From Myxococcales bacterium (lineage in GTDB: Bacteria; Myxococcota_A; UBA9042), in assembly GCA_037441385.1 (NCBI GenBank), contig JBBISH010000119.1, positions 1-19,007 on the forward strand: a DNA stretch of 19,007 nucleotides. The letters are read 5' to 3'. The position numbers and the translations under genes were made by a program. Under the pieces are notes generated by a model that was given only the letters and a program-made list of their open reading frames with translations, searched no databases and had not been told where the DNA came from. Position 1 is the first letter of the stretch. Each line of letters begins with the position of its first letter. Shown here in pieces: positions 16,956 to 19,007 of the stretch.

Positions 16956-18293
16956 ATGACCACGCCGCAGTCGCGCTGGCGCCAACGCCTGGCTCGGGCG
17001 CTGGGTGCCGCGTTTCTGTCTGGGCCGTGGCAACACGCCGACCTGGTCGCGCGCGGGGCTGCGTGCCTGGGTGACAAACCGCCATGGTTGTCGATTGCAG
17101 CCCGCTGGACGCGCCACGCCTTCCCGTCGCCTCCCGCCACCGTCGCGCCCGTGGCCGAGCGTCTGTTGCGCTTGCCCTCGTTCCAGGCTGCCACCAGCGG
17201 CCGATCGCCTAAGCCTAGATGCCGCAAAGCCTTCTTGTTCGCTCCGCCGACAACGGCCCCCGCTTTTGGCCTGCCGCCGCTTGCGTCCGAGGCGGCGCTG
17301 GCTCAGTGGCTCGCGGTGCCGGAGCCGCTGCTGGAATGGCTGGCCGATGTGCGCAGCCTGGTCCGCCACAGCAGCGAGTCGCGCCTGCACCACTACCACC
17401 CGCGCTGGTTGCCCAAGCCCCACGGCGGAGTGCGCCTGCTCGAAGAGCCCAAACCCCTGTTGAAGCAGGTGCAACGGCGCTTGTTGGCTGGCCTTCTCGC
17501 CCACTTGCCGCCCCACGCGGCCGCCCATGCGTTCCGCCGCGGCCACTCGGTACTGACTCACGCCGCCGTCCACGCCGGGCAGGCCGTGGTGATTCGCCTT
17601 GATCTTGCGGACTTCTTTGGCAGCATCGGCAGGGGGCGCGTGCGGGCCCTGTTTGAATCGGTGGGCTATCCTCGTCCGGTGGCGGCCGCACTGGCCGGCT
17701 TGTGCACGACTGCCACCCCTCCCAGCGTGGTCGCCCGCTTGCCGCGGCCGGTCGATGCGGCCGAGGTGCCCTTGGTCGCCAGCCAGCGGCGCCACTTGCT
17801 TGCGCCGCACCTGCCGCAGGGTGCGCCCACCTCGCCGGCTGTGGCCAACCTCTGTGCCTGGGAGCTGGACGTGCGCCTTGCCGCGCTGGCCGCTGTGTTT
17901 GGCGCGCGCTACTCGCGCTACGCCGATGATCTCACGTTTTCGGGTAGTTCCGAGGTGGCGCGCCGGGCGAATGCACTCGTCGAGCTTGCGATGTTCGTCG
18001 TCTATTCGTGTGGCTTTGCCGTGCGGCATGGCAAGACGCGGGTGCAGCGCGCGGGCGCTCGCCAAAGGGTGACTGGGCTGGTCGTCAACGAGCGACCGCA
18101 CGTGGCGCGCGCCGAGCGGGACGCGCTGAAAGCGACTCTGCACAACTGCCTGCTCTACGGTCCGGCTGGCCAAAATCGCAACGGCCATCCAGATTTCCGC
18201 GCCTACCTGCTTGGACGGATCGGCTGGGTGGCTGCGGCAGACCCCCACCACGGTGCCAAGCTGCGGGCCCTGTTCGACGGCATTGCATGGTAG
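16956..18293 (+). CDS. Retron-type reverse transcriptase with an N-terminal extension, 445 aa
   Basis: KPHGGVRLLEEPKPLLKQVQR, AHAFRRG, region-X-like HAAVH (17559-17573), DLADFF, LPQGAPTSP, YADD (17919-17930), retron region Y VTGLVVN (from 18069). Confidence 0.93.
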   Translation: MTTPQSRWRQRLARALGAAFLSGPWQHADLVARGAACLGDKPPWLSIAARWTRHAFPSPPATVAPVAERLLRLPSFQAATSGRSPKPRCRKAFLFAPPTTAPAFGLPPLASEAALAQWLAVPEPLLEWLADVRSLVRHSSESRLHHYHPRWLPKPHGGVRLLEEPKPLLKQVQRRLLAGLLAHLPPHAAAHAFRRGHSVLTHAAVHAGQAVVIRLDLADFFGSIGRGRVRALFESVGYPRPVAAALAGLCTTATPPSVVARLPRPVDAAEVPLVASQRRHLLAPHLPQGAPTSPAVANLCAWELDVRLAALAAVFGARYSRYADDLTFSGSSEVARRANALVELAMFVVYSCGFAVRHGKTRVQRAGARQRVTGLVVNERPHVARAERDALKATLHNCLLYGPAGQNRNGHPDFRAYLLGRIGWVAAADPHHGAKLRALFDGIAW

Positions 18294-18438
18294 GGGTGGC
18301 CCGCGTCGCTGCACCAAGCCGCCTGGCGCCCAAGCTGGCGAGCATTTTGCTGAGTGCCGTCGCGATTGCGGTTGACCCAACCCATCTCACAGCGTAGCCT
18401 GGGCCCCTGAAACAGCCCGAATGGCTGTGGATTCCGCG

Positions 18439-18903
18439 ATGTCGAGCGTAGCCCGATTGCGCAGGTGGTGGTGGGGTGGGCCCTGGGCCGCCTGCTGCGC
18501 GCTTGTGGTGGGGTGCTCCGACGATGGTGCCGCCGCCACCGGAAGCGTGGCCGACGGCGGCTGGGCGATCCAAACCGATCTGCTGAGCGCAGGCGCGGAC
18601 TTGACTGGCTTGGGCGACAGCGCGGCGGGCACGATCCCGCTATGCCCCGCCAGCCCGGTGTGCAGCTGCAGCGGCGCAGCCGAGGGGGCGACCTGCAATT
18701 CGGGCGAACCGTGCGCCGTCGCCAGCGCCTGCCAGGCCGGCTCTTGCCAAGTGCTCTCGGTGCGGTCCTGCCCCAGTTTGGGCTGCCAGTTAGGCACTTG
18801 CGACCCGCAATCTGGTCAGTGCGTCTACCACCCCACCGCCACGGGCACGCCGTGCGACGATGGCAGCGCCTGCACCGTCGACGGAACCTGTCAACCTTTC
18901 TGA
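18439..18903 (+). CDS. Cys-rich repeat lipoprotein (possibly C-terminally truncated)
   Basis: Lipobox LVVG-C; repeats CNSGEPCAVASACQAGSC and CDDGSACTVDGTC. Alternative ATG 18421. Confidence 0.7.
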   Translation: MSSVARLRRWWWGGPWAACCALVVGCSDDGAAATGSVADGGWAIQTDLLSAGADLTGLGDSAAGTIPLCPASPVCSCSGAAEGATCNSGEPCAVASACQAGSCQVLSVRSCPSLGCQLGTCDPQSGQCVYHPTATGTPCDDGSACTVDGTCQPF

Positions 18904-19007
18904 GACACGAAACTTCAAAATTTACCCTCCAACCCGGTCGGGCGCGGGCTTGGGCCCAGGTCGCGGCGGCGGGTTGATCCAAGCGGCCTCCGGTGCCGTC
19001 AGGCGGG

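Noticed and set aside
243..18293. Retron or intron RT as the mobiliser of family A elements
   Set aside because: Nothing in the sequence links them: no shared sequence with msd or the intron ends. Terminal inverted repeats plus a fixed 3-bp duplication fit a DDE transposase better.
18395..18441. Possible seventh family A remnant (GGGCCC...GCCCGAAT...GGATTCCGCG)
   Set aside because: Only patchy similarity with wrong spacing, no left end and no duplication.
18926..18980. Imperfect palindrome CCAAC...GTTGA as an attC site
   Set aside because: Cores deviate from consensus, pairing is weak, and there is only one instance.

Overview
GC-rich window whose gene content (Cys-rich lipoproteins, secreted TPR-CHAT protein, beta-barrel exported proteins) suggests Myxococcota or a related deltaproteobacterium; this taxonomy is inferred. 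It starts at the 3' end of a class C group II intron (last IEP codons, DV, DVI; ends at 122). Next come a ~1740-aa signal-peptide TPR-CHAT protease, two exported/beta-barrel proteins, DoxX, a Cys-rich lipoprotein, a ChvI/CreB-like regulator plus kinase, a minus-strand lipoprotein preceded by a perfect cre-tag, and a secreted protein. A complete retron follows (promoter, msr-msd ncRNA 16635-16797, RT 16956-18293) with no recognisable effector, then a short Cys-rich lipoprotein. The most striking unannotated signal is a structured 132-bp element in six copies (five full, one internally deleted). Every copy has its own 3-bp target duplication, so a full insertion adds 135 bp and keeps the frame. 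Copies sit on start codons, supply a stop codon, and split the retron ncRNA from its RT. A second, CTAG-bounded MITE family has two copies.
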